The translations under genes were made by a program, and so were the position numbers. DNA of 64,000 nt from positions 7,914-71,913 of the forward strand of contig JAJEDB010000129.1 of NCBI GenBank assembly GCA_022821725.1. Direction: 5' to 3'. How positions within the stretch are numbered: the stretch's first letter is position 1; each line of letters opens with the position of its first letter. The DNA is from Candidatus Poribacteria bacterium (GTDB lineage: Bacteria > Poribacteria > WGA-4E > WGA-3G). Positions 9,390-18,403 of this stretch are shown here, one piece after another. The notes beneath the pieces were generated by a model, which was given only the letters and a program-made list of their open reading frames with translations, did no database searches and was not told where the DNA came from.

Positions 9390-11531
9390 TCACTGTTCTT
9401 GGGTTTCTTCGGGCAGACGGAAGTGCGGCCCGCCATCGGTCGATTCGATGGTAAAGCCGCTCCAGCCCCACCTGTTATATCTACCTTTTACATGGGTATA
9501 TACCACTTGCGTTAAATGCTCATCTGTAATTGTGATAGTGTAACGGCTATCAATCGTCTCATTTCCTACAGGAATCTGCAATTGCTGAATCTGTTTCTTA
9601 CCATTCGCGATAAGATTTACTTCTAACGGTTCAGATCTATCCTCTTCATCTACTATATTTGCACTGAAATAACAGACCACTTCATAAGTGCCATTCGGAA
9701 GTGCGACCCGGAAAACCGCATCTTCTTTCCCCAAAATGCTATCTGCGTAAGGTTGTGCAACCCCGAATTTGTTTTGTGACGCTTCCCGCGCCGATACCGT
9801 TAACCAGCCGTATTTCCCATCCGTGTAGACGGTATCCACATATACAGGAATATGTCCGGGTGCTGTCTGACCCTCTTCAGGCTGCATGTCAAAAGAGACA
9901 AAGGTTTCGCCATTCCACATCTGCGAATCGGGCGGCGTGCGTTTGCGGCGGTAGAGTCGGTTGTAGTCGTTAGCATCAATAAGATCATACTCTTCTTCCA
10001 AACCACCAACGTCGCCGTATTCTGTCCGCCAAATGATAGCGAAGTCGGCAAGATGTTCCTTTTCCTTATACGCCTCCTTATACCGTAGCGGAAAATGGTC
10101 TGTATTCGCCTCGTAGTTATCGAGATAAGCGATCCCTTTATGCACCGCCAACAGACACTCAAGATGACCGAAGGGTTCAACGTATTTCGGTTCAAAACCG
10201 AGCGAATCTGAAAAACCACCCCATTCTCCGGGTTCACTCGTGAGAATTGTATCCTTTTCGTCAATACCCTCCAACGCGATAGCATTGGCAATGTCGCGGT
10301 TCAACAAGGTATAAGTGTGAACGTTGTAACCGAGGTGCCATAAGGATAAAGCAATGATAATCGCTCCGGCAGCATAGTTTATATGCCGATGCAAATTGAC
10401 GGCAAAGAATGGAATCAAGATAAGGAATATGTACAGATGAAATCGGTCATTTATCCAGCCACCGCTGTAGCCAGACCAAGGAGCTATGAAAAACATCACC
10501 GTGATAACGACAGACATGATCAGAAACCCGTCCATTTGTGACACAGCACGTGTCCAGAGGCGTTCGCCAGTCTCTTTCCATGCCTCTGATTTATGGAATT
10601 TGTAACACTGCCAGATTCTGTTGGTGATTGTCAGGACAATAGCGATAGCAAAAAAGATCAGCAGTACACGTCCAATCAGCACATGATCGTCTCGGAAAGA
10701 GACCAAGGATTTCATGCCAAAGAAGTAGTCGTTTAACCATTCAAAACCCTTATGATTGCTGTTACCTCCGTGGTTGTTAGAAAGGTAGAAGTAGTAGGAG
10801 AACAGGATAAAGTAAGCAGGTATAAGACTCCCTATGAAAGTCAATGTCGGTTTGTGCCTCCCTACACTCACCTTGAGTCGGTGCATGAGTGGCTGTGATG
10901 TCTCCTTATGACTCCATACCCGATGTAACACATCATAAGCCGATAAAAAGAGAGGGAAGAACGTCAATGACATGATAAGCACCGCGTAAGAGTGATAGTG
11001 GGTGAGGTAGGTCACCAACGACAATACGTATATGACAATGATGTTTGTCAGCCGGAGTTTATCCTTGACCCGCCACCAGTAACCCATCGTGAAGAAAAAC
11101 AGGGACATGCTGAGGACAAAGTTGTAGAACCCCATGTGAAGTAGGTAGTTGTAGGCAAAAATAAACCCAAGCAGTCCAAACACTATATTCTTTTTCTCGA
11201 CACGGTTGAGAAAATAGAAAAGGGAGAGCGGTAGGAGACCGATGCAGAGCGTAAGCACTATCTTTTCACAAACGAGGGGTGGAAAAACGTATAACAGGAC
11301 GACAAGGAGCGCGTGGGAGGTCCAGTTCGGGAAGATCGTGGCGTTCAGTTCATAGACTTCGCGTAATCGGTAGTTTTCGTGATTGTGGTATTCCTTCACC
11401 ACGTAGGAATTGTAGATATGACTCGCTCCATCTTGCGTCGGGAAATACTTGAAACCCCAGACCGGCAGAAGATGTAGTACTATTAACACAATGACGGTAA
11501 TATACCCAACAGATAACAGACGTGTTTTCAT
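9390..11531 (-). CDS. Polytopic membrane protein with a large C-terminal soluble domain (possible GT-C-like glycosyltransferase; function unknown)
   Basis: ATG at 11531 (MKTRLLSVGYITVIVLIVL...) is preceded by GGGGGA. More than 12 hydrophobic segments are followed by ~280 soluble residues. The 77 codons upstream in the track ORF look non-coding. Confidence 0.55.
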   Translation of the reverse strand: MKTRLLSVGYITVIVLIVLHLLPVWGFKYFPTQDGASHIYNSYVVKEYHNHENYRLREVYELNATIFPNWTSHALLVVLLYVFPPLVCEKIVLTLCIGLLPLSLFYFLNRVEKKNIVFGLLGFIFAYNYLLHMGFYNFVLSMSLFFFTMGYWWRVKDKLRLTNIIVIYVLSLVTYLTHYHSYAVLIMSLTFFPLFLSAYDVLHRVWSHKETSQPLMHRLKVSVGRHKPTLTFIGSLIPAYFILFSYYFYLSNNHGGNSNHKGFEWLNDYFFGMKSLVSFRDDHVLIGRVLLIFFAIAIVLTITNRIWQCYKFHKSEAWKETGERLWTRAVSQMDGFLIMSVVITVMFFIAPWSGYSGGWINDRFHLYIFLILIPFFAVNLHRHINYAAGAIIIALSLWHLGYNVHTYTLLNRDIANAIALEGIDEKDTILTSEPGEWGGFSDSLGFEPKYVEPFGHLECLLAVHKGIAYLDNYEANTDHFPLRYKEAYKEKEHLADFAIIWRTEYGDVGGLEEEYDLIDANDYNRLYRRKRTPPDSQMWNGETFVSFDMQPEEGQTAPGHIPVYVDTVYTDGKYGWLTVSAREASQNKFGVAQPYADSILGKEDAVFRVALPNGTYEVVCYFSANIVDEEDRSEPLEVNLIANGKKQIQQLQIPVGNETIDSRYTITITDEHLTQVVYTHVKGRYNRWGWSGFTIESTDGGPHFRLPEETQEQ

Positions 11532-11781
11532 TTTTTTATTTTCCCCCACTCGATGGGTAGCAGCTGCGGTCGGGGCAACACATCCAATGTCATAGGATCG
11601 AACCAATCGGCTGACGTGTTCGCGTGATACAGTTCTCCAATATGTGTCAGTTGTGTCACTTCTCGACTGCCTACTCATCGAATTACCTCTAAGAGATCCT
11701 GAAAAAACAGACTTCCTTTTCTGTCTGAACTCCATTCTAATAGATTTTCGCTTTTGTTTCAATATTTGAAATTTTACAGAT

Positions 11782-11901
11782 CAGGGTCATTCAGTTCTCG
11801 GTTTCTGAGTGGCTTATCGAGAGTAGATGTGACACTTTTGGCATAAATCGGGGTTGAAAACCCCTCCCACAAGAGAGATTTCGGACAATTGAATGACCCT
11901 G
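11782..11901. mobile_element. MITE-like element (12-nt TIR CAGGGTCATTCA, flanking TTACAGAT duplication)
   Basis: Left TIR 11782-11793, right TIR 11890-11901 (exact reverse complement). 'TTACAGAT' occurs at 11774-11781 and 11904-11911. Central hairpin GGGGTT-GAAA-AACCCC at about 11850-11865. Confidence 0.5.
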
Positions 11902-11976
11902 TCTTACAGATTCCCAAAACTTGCTATCTATTCCCAATTGTGATAAACTACTCTCAAGATTGATGTGTATAATATA

Positions 11977-12069
11977 TAGGACTTACGCAATTTTTCGATA
12001 AAGTGCTTACATATTGTGCTATTGGCGAGGTTCGGAAACCTCGCCAGCAAGGAAGCCGCGTAAGTCCTG
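11977..12069 (+). mobile_element. MITE family 1, divergent copy F
   Basis: TIRs AGGACTTACGC / GCGTAAGTCCT. Central hairpin GGCGAGGTT-CGGA-AACCTCGCC (12024-12045). No clear target-site duplication. Confidence 0.65.
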
Positions 12070-12086
12070 AAAAATTTGAGGTAACT

Positions 12087-13199
12087 ATGCACGATCCACG
12101 ACTTGATAAACTCGCAAATGTTCTCACAACCCATTCCACGAAAATCCAACCCGGCGAATTTGTGCTCATTGAAGGCATAGATATCCCACAAGAGATGGTC
12201 ATTGCCCTCATCCGAGCAGTTCGGAAAGCGGGTGGGATACCTCTCGTGGAACTCAAGCAGAATCGCATCCAACGTGAAATTATTCTCAACGGAGACGATG
12301 CCGGAATAAAACTGATTGGTGAATACGAAATATATCGGATAAAAAAGGTCCAGGCGTATATCGGTATCCGTGGGAGCCACAATATCACAGAGCTGTCTGA
12401 CGTCCCAGCAGAGGCAATGCAACGCTATCAAAAGCATTGGATACGTCCGCTCAACGATATCCGCGTGCCACACACCAAATGGGTCGTTCTACGGTGGCCC
12501 TACCCGGCAATGGCACAACAGGCACAGATGAGCACAGAAGCGTTCGAGGACTACTATTTCGACGTTTGTACGCTTGACTACAGCCGAATGGAACAGGCGA
12601 TGAAACCCCTCACGTCTCTGATGGAGGAAACGGATGCAGTTCACATCGTCGGTGAGGATACCGATCTCCGGTTCAGTATCAAGGATATTCCTGTGATCCC
12701 GTGTGCCGGCGAAAAGAATATTCCCGATGGTGAATGCTTCACGGCGCCTGTGCGAGATTCCGTCAACGGCACGATCCATTTCAATACACCCACAATCTAT
12801 CAGGGAACGACCTTCACTGACATTCGCCTCGGCTTTGAAAACGGTAAAATCGTTGAGGCAACGGCGAATAACACCGAAAGACTGAACGATATTCTTGACA
12901 CAGATGAGGGCGCGCGGTATATCGGTGAGTTTTCTATTGCCTTCAATCCGTATATCACGAACCCGATGCTTGACATTCTGTTCGATGAGAAAATCGCCGG
13001 ATCGTTTCATTTCACCCCCGGTCAGGCTTACGAGGAGGCGGATAACAGTGTCCGTTCCGCGGTCCACTGGGATATGGTCATGATACAGACCCCGGAACAT
13101 GGGGGTGGAGAGATGTACTTTGACGGAAACCTGATTCGGAAGGACGGGCGGTTTGTTCATCCTGAATTGGAGGCACTGAATCCGGAGAACCTGAAATGA
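12087..13199 (+). CDS. Aminopeptidase, peptidase family M29 (PepS/AmpS-like)
   Basis: 370 aa from the ATG at 12087 ('MHDPRLDKLANVLTTHSTKIQPGEFVLIEG...'). The length and N-terminus are typical of M29 aminopeptidases. The track ORF start at 12003 lies inside MITE copy F. Confidence 0.75.
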   Translation: MHDPRLDKLANVLTTHSTKIQPGEFVLIEGIDIPQEMVIALIRAVRKAGGIPLVELKQNRIQREIILNGDDAGIKLIGEYEIYRIKKVQAYIGIRGSHNITELSDVPAEAMQRYQKHWIRPLNDIRVPHTKWVVLRWPYPAMAQQAQMSTEAFEDYYFDVCTLDYSRMEQAMKPLTSLMEETDAVHIVGEDTDLRFSIKDIPVIPCAGEKNIPDGECFTAPVRDSVNGTIHFNTPTIYQGTTFTDIRLGFENGKIVEATANNTERLNDILDTDEGARYIGEFSIAFNPYITNPMLDILFDEKIAGSFHFTPGQAYEEADNSVRSAVHWDMVMIQTPEHGGGEMYFDGNLIRKDGRFVHPELEALNPENLK

Positions 13200-13200
13200 G

Positions 13201-13293
13201 TAGGACTTACGCAAAATGATCCAATTTCCTCTATTTTCACAGGATTCGGTGCGGTTGGGAAACCGCACCTACCGGGGGAGTGCGTAAGTCCTG
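13201..13293 (+). mobile_element. MITE family 1, copy A
   Basis: T-AGGACTTACGCA ... TGCGTAAGTCCT-G. Hairpin GGTGCGGTT-GGGA-AACCGCACC (13248-13269). ATGAG is duplicated on both flanks, and the left copy overlaps the pepS-like stop codon. Confidence 0.85.
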
Positions 13294-13351
13294 ATGAGCA
13301 GAAAACAACACCCGGTATACGGGGATCCCCAGCGAAAGGAATAATTAAAGA

Positions 13352-14818
13352 ATGGCACGACAACCCAATATCCTTTTTCTTCTCACCGACCAGCAACGCT
13401 TCGATTCACTCGGTTGCAACGGCGCACCCATTTGCAGAACACCTGCTATCGATGAAATCGCTGCAACGGGTATGCGGTTCACAAACGCCTACACCCCTAT
13501 CGCGCTCTGTTCACCGGCACGTGGGTCGCTACTCACCGGACTCTATCCTCACAATCACGGACAGTTGTCAAATATGGGCAATTTCAACGCCGTGTTTGCG
13601 AACCAGATCCTCGACAAACCCGCGTATCCTAAACTCCTTGGTGAGGCAGGATATCGGGTCAGCTGCATCGGTAAGTGGCATCTGGCGAAGGAAGGCGACA
13701 CAGCGTTTTGGGGTTACGATAAGTGGCATCCGTATAGCGAGTGGCACCAATGGCTCCGCGAGGATGGGATTGATTTCCGAATCGATAGGGATGCTGTCCA
13801 GCCGTATGAGTGGGGCGGGGAGGCACCTTTCTATGGAAGACATCCGCTCCCGGCTGAACGGACGATGGAAGCGTGGACGGCAGACAAAACGATTGAGCTC
13901 ATCAACGGTTACTCCGATTCCGAATACCCTTTTATGATTGCCGCGAATTTCTTTGGACCGCACTTCCCGTATGCCGTGCCAGCACCCTACGACACGATGT
14001 ATGATCCCGACACTGCTGAACGGTGGGGCAACTTTGACGAGCAGTTCATCAACAAACCGCTCATCCAGCAGAAAGAGATGCTCCGGTGGAACGCCAGTCA
14101 TTTGACGTGGCCCGATTGGCAGAAGGTCATCGCGGCTTATTGGGGATACTGCACCTTCATTGACGACCAAGTGCGCCGAATTCTCGACTCTCTTGAGGCG
14201 AACGGTTTGGCAGAAAATACCGTCGTCATCTTTTCAACCGACCACGGCGATATGCTCGGCAGCCATCGGCTTTTCAACAAGGGATTCCACATGTATGAAG
14301 AAACACACCACATTCCGCTCGTCATCCGGTATCCCGGCGCAACGTCCCCCGGAACGACGTGTGATGAATTCGTGAATCTTGTGGACCTTATGCCGACGTT
14401 TTTGGAACTCGGGGGTGCAAAGATGCCCGAACGTCTTAATATCGGCTCGCAAGCTTCGCCGGGACTTGACGGTAGATCGATTGTGCCTCTGTTGCGAGGA
14501 GAAAATGTGGAGGATTGGCCCGATGATGTGTTCGCCGAATTTCACGGTTACGAACCGACACTCGCCTCTGTTCGGATGGTCCGGACGGATTCGTGGAAAT
14601 ACGTCTACAACCCCTACAGCGAGGACGAACTCTACGACATGAAGAGCGATCCTCATGAACTCCATAACTTGGCGAACCATCTCGGATACAAGCACGTCCT
14701 CCGGCGTATGAAGGCACGTATGGTCGAGCGTCTGCGTGAAACGCGGGACAACATCGTTATGGAAGGCGGATGGCAGAGCAATTCGTTCGATCTACTGGTT
14801 TCAGCACGGGAACGATAA
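13352..14818 (+). CDS. Sulfatase (formylglycine-dependent arylsulfatase family)
   Basis: 488 aa. 'PNILFLLTDQQR', the Cys-type active-site motif 'LCSPARGSLLTG', and 'STDHGD'. Confidence 0.9.
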   Translation: MARQPNILFLLTDQQRFDSLGCNGAPICRTPAIDEIAATGMRFTNAYTPIALCSPARGSLLTGLYPHNHGQLSNMGNFNAVFANQILDKPAYPKLLGEAGYRVSCIGKWHLAKEGDTAFWGYDKWHPYSEWHQWLREDGIDFRIDRDAVQPYEWGGEAPFYGRHPLPAERTMEAWTADKTIELINGYSDSEYPFMIAANFFGPHFPYAVPAPYDTMYDPDTAERWGNFDEQFINKPLIQQKEMLRWNASHLTWPDWQKVIAAYWGYCTFIDDQVRRILDSLEANGLAENTVVIFSTDHGDMLGSHRLFNKGFHMYEETHHIPLVIRYPGATSPGTTCDEFVNLVDLMPTFLELGGAKMPERLNIGSQASPGLDGRSIVPLLRGENVEDWPDDVFAEFHGYEPTLASVRMVRTDSWKYVYNPYSEDELYDMKSDPHELHNLANHLGYKHVLRRMKARMVERLRETRDNIVMEGGWQSNSFDLLVSARER

Positions 14819-14831
14819 GACTGACGAAGTG

Positions 14832-15851
14832 CTATTTCTGTTTGATTTGTCCCCATGTTGTCGTCAATAAATTCGGTTTAGGTGCGACTGGCAGGGCATA
14901 CGCTGGATCGAACCAGTCGTCTGGGCTATTTGCTTGGAAGAACTCTCCAAATACCTTTGGTATAAAAGTATCTGTGAGCTGCTCCGAAACATCGCTGCCC
15001 AACGCTATTTTGAAGACTTGCAAGCGGTTATGCTTATCGGTTTTGTCATACAGAAGGGCATCCCCTTGCGGAGACCAGACCGGCGAAGTTTCTCTCGGGG
15101 GAGTATTGCTTGCAACTCGTTTAAGTCCGGTCCCGTCGCTATTTAGCGTATAAAGCGTTTCCATTTCAATGTTTTTCTGTTCCGCTCCCGGATTCCAAGA
15201 AAAAGCCAGCTGATCCGTTGTTGAAGACCATACTAAAGTGCCATTTATCCAAGTAGATTGTGCCTCGCGTGGAAAGAGCACCTTCTGTTTTTTCGTGCGC
15301 ACGTTAAGCATATTGATTCGCACCTGCTTGTTCTCAAATCCAGAGAGGAAGGCTATCTGCGTCCCATCAGGAGACCACGCCGGTTTACCTCCTCCGATCG
15401 CCACGCGTTCCTCTTTTTTCCCATCTATTGTCCCGATGTAGATATACGATCCATTCAGTTCTCGCCTTCTGTAAGCAATCTGTTTCCCATCTGGCGACCA
15501 CGTCGCTGCAGATCTGTCTTCTGACTTGCCGAACACCCGCCTCACATTTTTGCCATCAGGATCCATGAGATACAGGTCTCGACTGAGCGTAAACCGATCA
15601 CGGTCAGAGGCAAAAAGAATGTGTTCCCCGGTTGGAGACCAAGCGGCCAGGGCATCATCTGAACGATGGTTGGTCAACCGCATCTGATCGCTTCCATCAG
15701 GATTCATCATATAGATTTCGCGATTGCCGTCACGTGTTGAGGTAAACACAATTTTGGCGGTTGTAGGTGCTTTTGAACATATTCCAGAAACGCTGACGCT
15801 TAGTAAACTCACCGTCACGACAGCAGATAGAAAAAAACGTTTATATTTCAT
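14832..15851 (-). CDS. Exported TolB-like beta-propeller (PD40 repeats), paralog 1, with conserved C-terminal tail
   Basis: Signal peptide. Repeated 'IVFTSTRDGNREIYMMNPDGS', 'AWSPTGEHILFASDRD', 'WSPDGKQIAYRR' PD40 units. Ends 'ALPVAPKPNLLTTTWGQIKQK*'. Confidence 0.8.
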   Translation of the reverse strand: MKYKRFFLSAVVTVSLLSVSVSGICSKAPTTAKIVFTSTRDGNREIYMMNPDGSDQMRLTNHRSDDALAAWSPTGEHILFASDRDRFTLSRDLYLMDPDGKNVRRVFGKSEDRSAATWSPDGKQIAYRRRELNGSYIYIGTIDGKKEERVAIGGGKPAWSPDGTQIAFLSGFENKQVRINMLNVRTKKQKVLFPREAQSTWINGTLVWSSTTDQLAFSWNPGAEQKNIEMETLYTLNSDGTGLKRVASNTPPRETSPVWSPQGDALLYDKTDKHNRLQVFKIALGSDVSEQLTDTFIPKVFGEFFQANSPDDWFDPAYALPVAPKPNLLTTTWGQIKQK

Positions 15852-15878
15852 CAGAATTCCTCCACGAGTTAAACTTAA

Positions 15879-15970
15879 CAGGACTTACGCAAAATGACCA
15901 AATTTCACCTATTTTCACAGGATTCGGTGCGGTTAGAAACCGCACCTACCGGGGGAGTGCGTAAGTCCTA
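15879..15970 (+). mobile_element. MITE family 1, copy B
   Basis: 12-nt TIRs AGGACTTACGCA/TGCGTAAGTCCT. Hairpin 15926-15946. ACTTAA duplicated at 15873-15878 and 15971-15976. Confidence 0.85.
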
Positions 15971-15995
15971 ACTTAAAACACATTATTATAGACGA

Positions 15996-16979
15996 TTATT
16001 GTTTTAATCGTCCCCATATCTCTGTTGCCAATTGGGGTTGTGGTGCGACTGGCAATGCGAACGCTGGATCGAACCAATCCCCTACAAAATTCCGGAAACT
16101 GGGATCGGCGAGTTGCACCGGTTCGCCACCATCCACTGTAACTTTGAAGATTTGCTGCGTGTCATTCCGGTCCAGTTGACTATAAAGCAGTGTGTCTCCT
16201 CGTGGAGACCACACTGGCTCTACGGCTCGCTTTCCTTCTTCAATAATCTGCTGTAGACCTGTGCCATTACGCTTGACAATATAGATTGTCTCTAAATGCG
16301 CATCCTCGCGCCGAAACTCAACACGATTATACCAAGAGAACACCAATCTATCTCCTTCCGGCGACCATGCCGGATGCCGAACCCACGCGGGTCCCTTGGG
16401 CGGAAAAAAGAACTTGTGTTTACGCGTTCGCACATCTAATATACTAATCCGCCTGGGGTTTCCTACTGCCCCTTCAATAAAGGCGATCTCCGTGCCATCA
16501 GGAGACCACACGGGTTGGCTGCCAAGTGCGATACGTTCCTCTTTTTTACCATCTATTGGTGCGATATAAATATAGAACTTCCCCTGCTCCCAGCGGCTGT
16601 AAGTGATCTGTTTGCCATCCGGCGACCATGTTGCCCTGCCCCGCGCCGCTTCCTTCTCGAACACGCGCCGCACATTCGATCCATCGGCATCCATCAGATA
16701 CAGATCCCAGTCTCCTGGAGCCCCGTCTTGGTCAGAGTTAAAAAGAATGTGTTCGCCCGTCGGAGACCATTTCGGACCGCCATCCCTTGCGAGATCGTGG
16801 GTGAGGCGCACCTCCTCGCTGCCATCGGGATTCATGAGATAGATGTCCAGATTCCCATGACGCCACGATGAAAACACTATTTTTGCTGATGTGGGTGCTC
16901 CCGCCCACACCTCATAGATACCTATGTCTACTGCGGCTACACTTAGCAGAAAACATAGGAGAAAACACTTATGTCTCAT
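15996..16979 (-). CDS. Exported TolB-like beta-propeller (PD40 repeats), paralog 2
   Basis: ATG at 16979 (MRHKCFLLCFLLSVAAV...) has GAGG 6 nt upstream. PD40 repeats. Ends 'ALPVAPQPQLATEIWGRLKQ*'. Confidence 0.8.
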   Translation of the reverse strand: MRHKCFLLCFLLSVAAVDIGIYEVWAGAPTSAKIVFSSWRHGNLDIYLMNPDGSEEVRLTHDLARDGGPKWSPTGEHILFNSDQDGAPGDWDLYLMDADGSNVRRVFEKEAARGRATWSPDGKQITYSRWEQGKFYIYIAPIDGKKEERIALGSQPVWSPDGTEIAFIEGAVGNPRRISILDVRTRKHKFFFPPKGPAWVRHPAWSPEGDRLVFSWYNRVEFRREDAHLETIYIVKRNGTGLQQIIEEGKRAVEPVWSPRGDTLLYSQLDRNDTQQIFKVTVDGGEPVQLADPSFRNFVGDWFDPAFALPVAPQPQLATEIWGRLKQ

Positions 16980-17039
16980 GGAATACCTCATCACAGGAAA
17001 ATTATAATTCAGGACGTTCCACACCAATCTAACGACCAA

Positions 17040-17161
17040 TAGGACTTACGCAATTTTGATCATTGTTCTCGCTATGAGAAAGGGATTGTATAAAAAACAT
17101 AGGCGGTCTGTGGCACAGGCTAACAGCCTATGCTACAAAAGAGCGTCCTACGTAAGTCCTA
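17040..17161 (+). mobile_element. MITE family 1, copy C (same ends, different 120-nt core)
   Basis: AGGACTTACGCA ... TACGTAAGTCCT. The core carries a CTGTGG-[CAGGCT-AAC-AGCCT]-ATGCTACAAAA hairpin instead of the GGTGCGGTT hairpin. GACCAA is duplicated on both flanks. Confidence 0.75.
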
Positions 17162-17198
17162 GACCAATCTCCGGAAGCACTATATTCGCAAACAGCCG

Positions 17199-18176
17199 TT
17201 ACTTCGTTTTTATTTCTCCCCACTGTGTCGTTAACAATTGGGGTTGTGGTGCGACTGGCAATGCAAACGCAGGATCGAACCAGTCACCTACAAAATGCCA
17301 AAATTCTGGATTCGTGAGTCGCACAGAAACGCCGCCATTCAACCCAATTTTGTAGATTTGCAACGGCTTGTCTTTGACACGTCGGTTATAAAGCAGGGCA
17401 TCTCCCCGAGGGGACCAGACGGGAGAGGTTGCTCTCGAACCTTCTTCGTCAATAACCTGTTGAAGTCCTGTACCATCTCGGTTTATAATGTATATTGTCT
17501 CTGTATCAGCAAACTGTTTCAATGGGACCTGATGGAGCCATGTAAACGCTATTTGATTCCCTGAAGGGGACCATGCTGGAGATGTCATCCACGAAGGTCT
17601 TACCGGTCTGGGAAACAATACCTTCTGTTTACGCGTGCTGACGTTGAGAATCGTGATCTGCATGCGCTCGGGCCACCCCGTAAGAAAAACGATTTCTTCT
17701 CCATCCGGTGACCACGCAGGACTCCCCCCAAAAGCCACCTCTTCCTCATTTTTGCCATCTATTGTCCCGATGTAGATATACGCGCCACTCGGTTCTCTCC
17801 GTCTATAAGCAATCTGTTTCCCGTCCGGCGACCACGTCGCTGCAGATCGATGCGCTTCTTTGCCAAATACCCTCCGGACGTTCGAGCCGTCCGGCTCCAT
17901 CAGATATAAGTCAAGCACACCCCCTCGATCCGACGCAAAGAGAATATGCTCACCTGTCGGAGACCACATCGGATAGCCATCGAGTGCCTTGTGCTGGGTA
18001 ATGTTTACCTGATCAGTACCATCAGGATTCATGATATAGATGTCTCGATTTTCGTCACGATAGGCTGAAAAGACAATTTTAGGGGTGTCAGGTGCTTTTG
18101 CCAAAACAGGGTAGATATTCAGGCATAACATTACGTAACTTAACGCGAAAAAGAACGAGACGTATGGATTTCTCAT
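17199..18176 (-). CDS. Exported TolB-like beta-propeller (PD40 repeats), paralog 3
   Basis: ATG at 18176 (MRNPYVSFFFALSYVMLCLNIYPVLA) is preceded by GAAGGAAAAAATA. PD40 repeats. Ends 'ALPVAPQPQLLTTQWGEIKTK*'. Confidence 0.8.
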   Translation of the reverse strand: MRNPYVSFFFALSYVMLCLNIYPVLAKAPDTPKIVFSAYRDENRDIYIMNPDGTDQVNITQHKALDGYPMWSPTGEHILFASDRGGVLDLYLMEPDGSNVRRVFGKEAHRSAATWSPDGKQIAYRRREPSGAYIYIGTIDGKNEEEVAFGGSPAWSPDGEEIVFLTGWPERMQITILNVSTRKQKVLFPRPVRPSWMTSPAWSPSGNQIAFTWLHQVPLKQFADTETIYIINRDGTGLQQVIDEEGSRATSPVWSPRGDALLYNRRVKDKPLQIYKIGLNGGVSVRLTNPEFWHFVGDWFDPAFALPVAPQPQLLTTQWGEIKTK

Positions 18177-18403
18177 TATTTTTTCCTTCAAAGCAGAAAA
18201 GAAATATAACCATCCATTATTATATTATCAAGTATGATATGAATTCAACAAACATAAGTAGGGTTAGAAAAAACCCTTAATTATAAAGACACAATTTCAG
18301 GATGGAAAGGGTGCATAATTTTAAAAATCGGTGCGTTAGGTGCGTATATTCATCAAGCAAGGCGATTTTCGCTGAATATACCCTAATCAAGTTTTACACC
18401 ACC

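Noticed and set aside
9390-11762. N-terminal extensions in the ORF track (also 8366, 12003, 17039, 35247, 36715, 49509, 57698)
   Set aside because: The upstream portions lack an RBS, overlap repeats or neighbouring genes, or precede an internal start that has a strong SD and a proper signal peptide or family N-terminus. Shorter coordinates are reported instead.
12489-13268. Long antisense ORFs overlapping confidently assigned genes (also 50692-51402, 57047-57631, 55737-56267, 39983-40486, 23518-24135, 52428-53054, 48802-49275, 13568-14170)
   Set aside because: Each lies opposite a gene with clear family motifs. Their translations are low-complexity (Arg/Ser/Pro-rich) with no recognisable domains or RBS. 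These are shadow ORFs.
13201-13293. MITE family 1 considered as integron attC sites or as small protein-coding genes
   Set aside because: The copies are scattered among housekeeping genes rather than separating promoterless cassettes. The ends lack the RYYYAAC/GTTRRRY attC signature. The flanking target-site duplications indicate transposition. The ORFs crossing them (13157-13396, 17056-17355, 53610-53879, 61199-61684) have no consistent frame between copies.
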